Positions 62,101-64,000 of a stretch of DNA of 64,000 nt are shown here, piece by piece (the stretch's first letter is position 1; each line of letters opens with the position of its first letter). The notes below the pieces were generated by a model. That model saw nothing but the letters and a program-made list of their open reading frames with translations. It searched no databases and was not told the DNA's origin. Source of the DNA: Lingula anatina (lineage: Eukaryota > Animalia > Brachiopoda). Location of the stretch: contig CM120640.1 in assembly GCA_051362555.1 (NCBI GenBank), forward strand, positions 47,656,788 to 47,720,787. Direction: 5' to 3'. Both the position numbers and the translations under genes were made by a program.

Positions 62101-63297
62101 GACTTTACAAAACATGGTCAAAGATATGCTAAGACCAACATTAGACACAGCGGACATTGTAGATCCAGACTTGCGTTTATATTATTACTACCTCGCGCTG
62201 ATAACGTATAAAAGAATAGATGAAGCTGAGACTGCCAAGGAATTTGCAAACGCATTCAACAGTTCCACAAACTTGCCAGCATATTCATTTCATCTTGCTC
62301 GAGCTGGGATCTATGTTCGTTTAGGACTATGGAAGATGGCTCACAGCGCGATTTCAGCTGCAAATAGCCTTGTTGAAGACAGAACCATGTTTATGCAGGA
62401 TTCTGGTGGAAATTACCCTCGTCTTAATTGGTTGAGAGTAAAGGAGACCAAGCATTTTATTCACCTCCAGGTAAATAGTGATGTATCTTTTTTTCCACAT
62501 TCTTATGAAGATATAACTTTGTCATGAAATCGGTAAAATACATTGTAGTTCAAGTTTCATGCCTTTTGTGTTACAATGAACAACGTCAACGGTGAAATCA
62601 ATATTGTATTTTTAATCAATGTTTCTTATTTTGTTTGGTACAATGGTTTCTTTGAAATTCTGAAGTGCCTTTAATTTTGAGTATCGTTGAGGGAGTGCCA
62701 AGCATTTGCTCGCAAACTTTGAAAAATGAAGGGACGCTTAATGTTTAAGGTTTAGGAATCTTTTAAACGCAACTAGTGTTGGACTATGAATCTGAATCTT
62801 AGATGTTTTAGGTGCGTTATGCTTTATACGTTATGCTTTTTGATTTTTATCACTGCAGTTAACCAAGCTATATAAAAAAGCTAGACAATTTTAATAGATT
62901 GTTTCGATTCCATCCTCGATTTCAGCGCGGAGAGTTTGTGAAGGGACTAGAAGTTTTAAACGAAGTGAGGGAGTTCGTCGGACGGATTGGCAACGGTAGC
63001 GATCCCGTAAAACAGGCGTTCTTATATCGTATGACGTCAAGACACTATTTTGAGACTTACCAGCTGAATGTGAGTTATTATGCACTTTTTAAAAATTTAT
63101 TTTACACTTTTGATTTTTATTAATCATTTATTTTTTGCAAAAGCGGAACATTTTATCCCCTTGGGAAAAGGCGGTTCTTTCGAACAACATGAACTATGGG
63201 CCTGGGTTACAAGTGAAACTCCGATCCCATCACTGCGCTTTTGGTTTATGGTTTTTTCAATTGAGCGCCACAGGGTCGTCACTGAAGTTATTGAATC

Positions 63298-63364
<67 letters not shown>

Positions 63365-63813
63365 GCTAAAGTGAAAGTATAAGTGAAATTCCATATAATA
63401 TTGTGGACTGCCATTGAGTAATGTGAATATTTTCATCCGCGTGAATGTTACCATTGTAATTAAAACCGCATTCCTACAGAAGCACATTTAGAACTGCGTT
63501 ACTAATATTCCCTTAATATTCTTCAGCTGCCTAGTCCCTCCCTTCCAGACGTACAGCAACTGGATGAGCGTTTACCAAATGGGTTTTATACAACGTATTC
63601 TGAGGCAGCCCTGCATGTAGCAACGGCTCACAAACTGTTGAAGGAGAGCACATATGATACGAACGAAATAAAGCGTATTTCAGTCAGAGTGGACCAAATC
63701 CGGAGTCGAACCCTTCTTCATGTGAACGGATCCGAATCATTGGCTGCTCTACATTCGTTACATTTGGTCGATTATTGCAAATATCAACTAATGGCGCTCT
63801 GGGCTTATGCAAA
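59178..63813 (+). CDS. Secreted TPR-like helical protein resembling a mainly bacterial/fungal family; probably 3'-incomplete
   Basis: Exons 59178-59331 (hydrophobic signal peptide ...VAALTALCFLGRDASA, then LGDLGFPLPT), 61683-62470 (FKLGLKALLLDMNDLAREQF...FAFAHWG; GIYVRLGLW), 62926-63069, a probable 63144-63212, and 63527-63813. All are in phase with GT-AG. The last exon ends either at a GT donor (63814) or at TAG 63815-63817. Confidence 0.8.
63306..63361. repeat. (TA)n microsatellite
   Basis: Seen directly. Confidence 0.95.
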
Positions 63814-64000
63814 GTAGGTACAGGTTTCACTTATGGGGCGAGTTGCAGGGCATGTGTCGTATTAAATTGGTTATCTAAATACTTATGTGCCCTTTGGTAC
63901 GGAGATATTCGACTACAAATTTGGTAAAATTTAATATTTAAAGGCTTGACAGTAAAGAAAAAAAAGCGAATTATTAACAAAAAATAATCCATTGTGCCTA

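Overview
AT-rich, intron-rich animal genomic DNA with microsatellites, GT-AG introns and many non-autonomous DNA transposons. A non-vertebrate, probably lophotrochozoan/molluscan origin is my inference, from Helentron-type satellite elements and a mosaic CpG pattern. Seven protein-coding genes can be rebuilt by hand from splice sites and phase continuity: (1) the last three exons of a class A peptide-type GPCR (+, 607-4440); (2) a secreted ferritin with signal peptide, an unusual Cys-containing N-terminal extension and an intact ferroxidase centre (+, 11920-16423); (3) an SLF2/FAM178A orthologue with >20 exons (-, 17961-46319), head-to-head with (4) DDRGK1 (+, 46610-50579); (5) an intronless 356-aa orphan ORF (-, 51622-52692), head-to-head with (6) a divergent HSF-DNA-binding-domain gene (+, 54146-57752); (7) a secreted TPR-like gene resembling a mainly bacterial family (+, 59178 onward, probably running past the window). 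The most notable observations are the extended ferritin architecture, a 198-bp copy of a ferritin intron/exon junction pasted into an SLF2 intron between 8-bp direct repeats, the bacterial-like secreted TPR gene and the altered HSF recognition helix. Family assignments rest on motifs recalled from memory; no database search was run.
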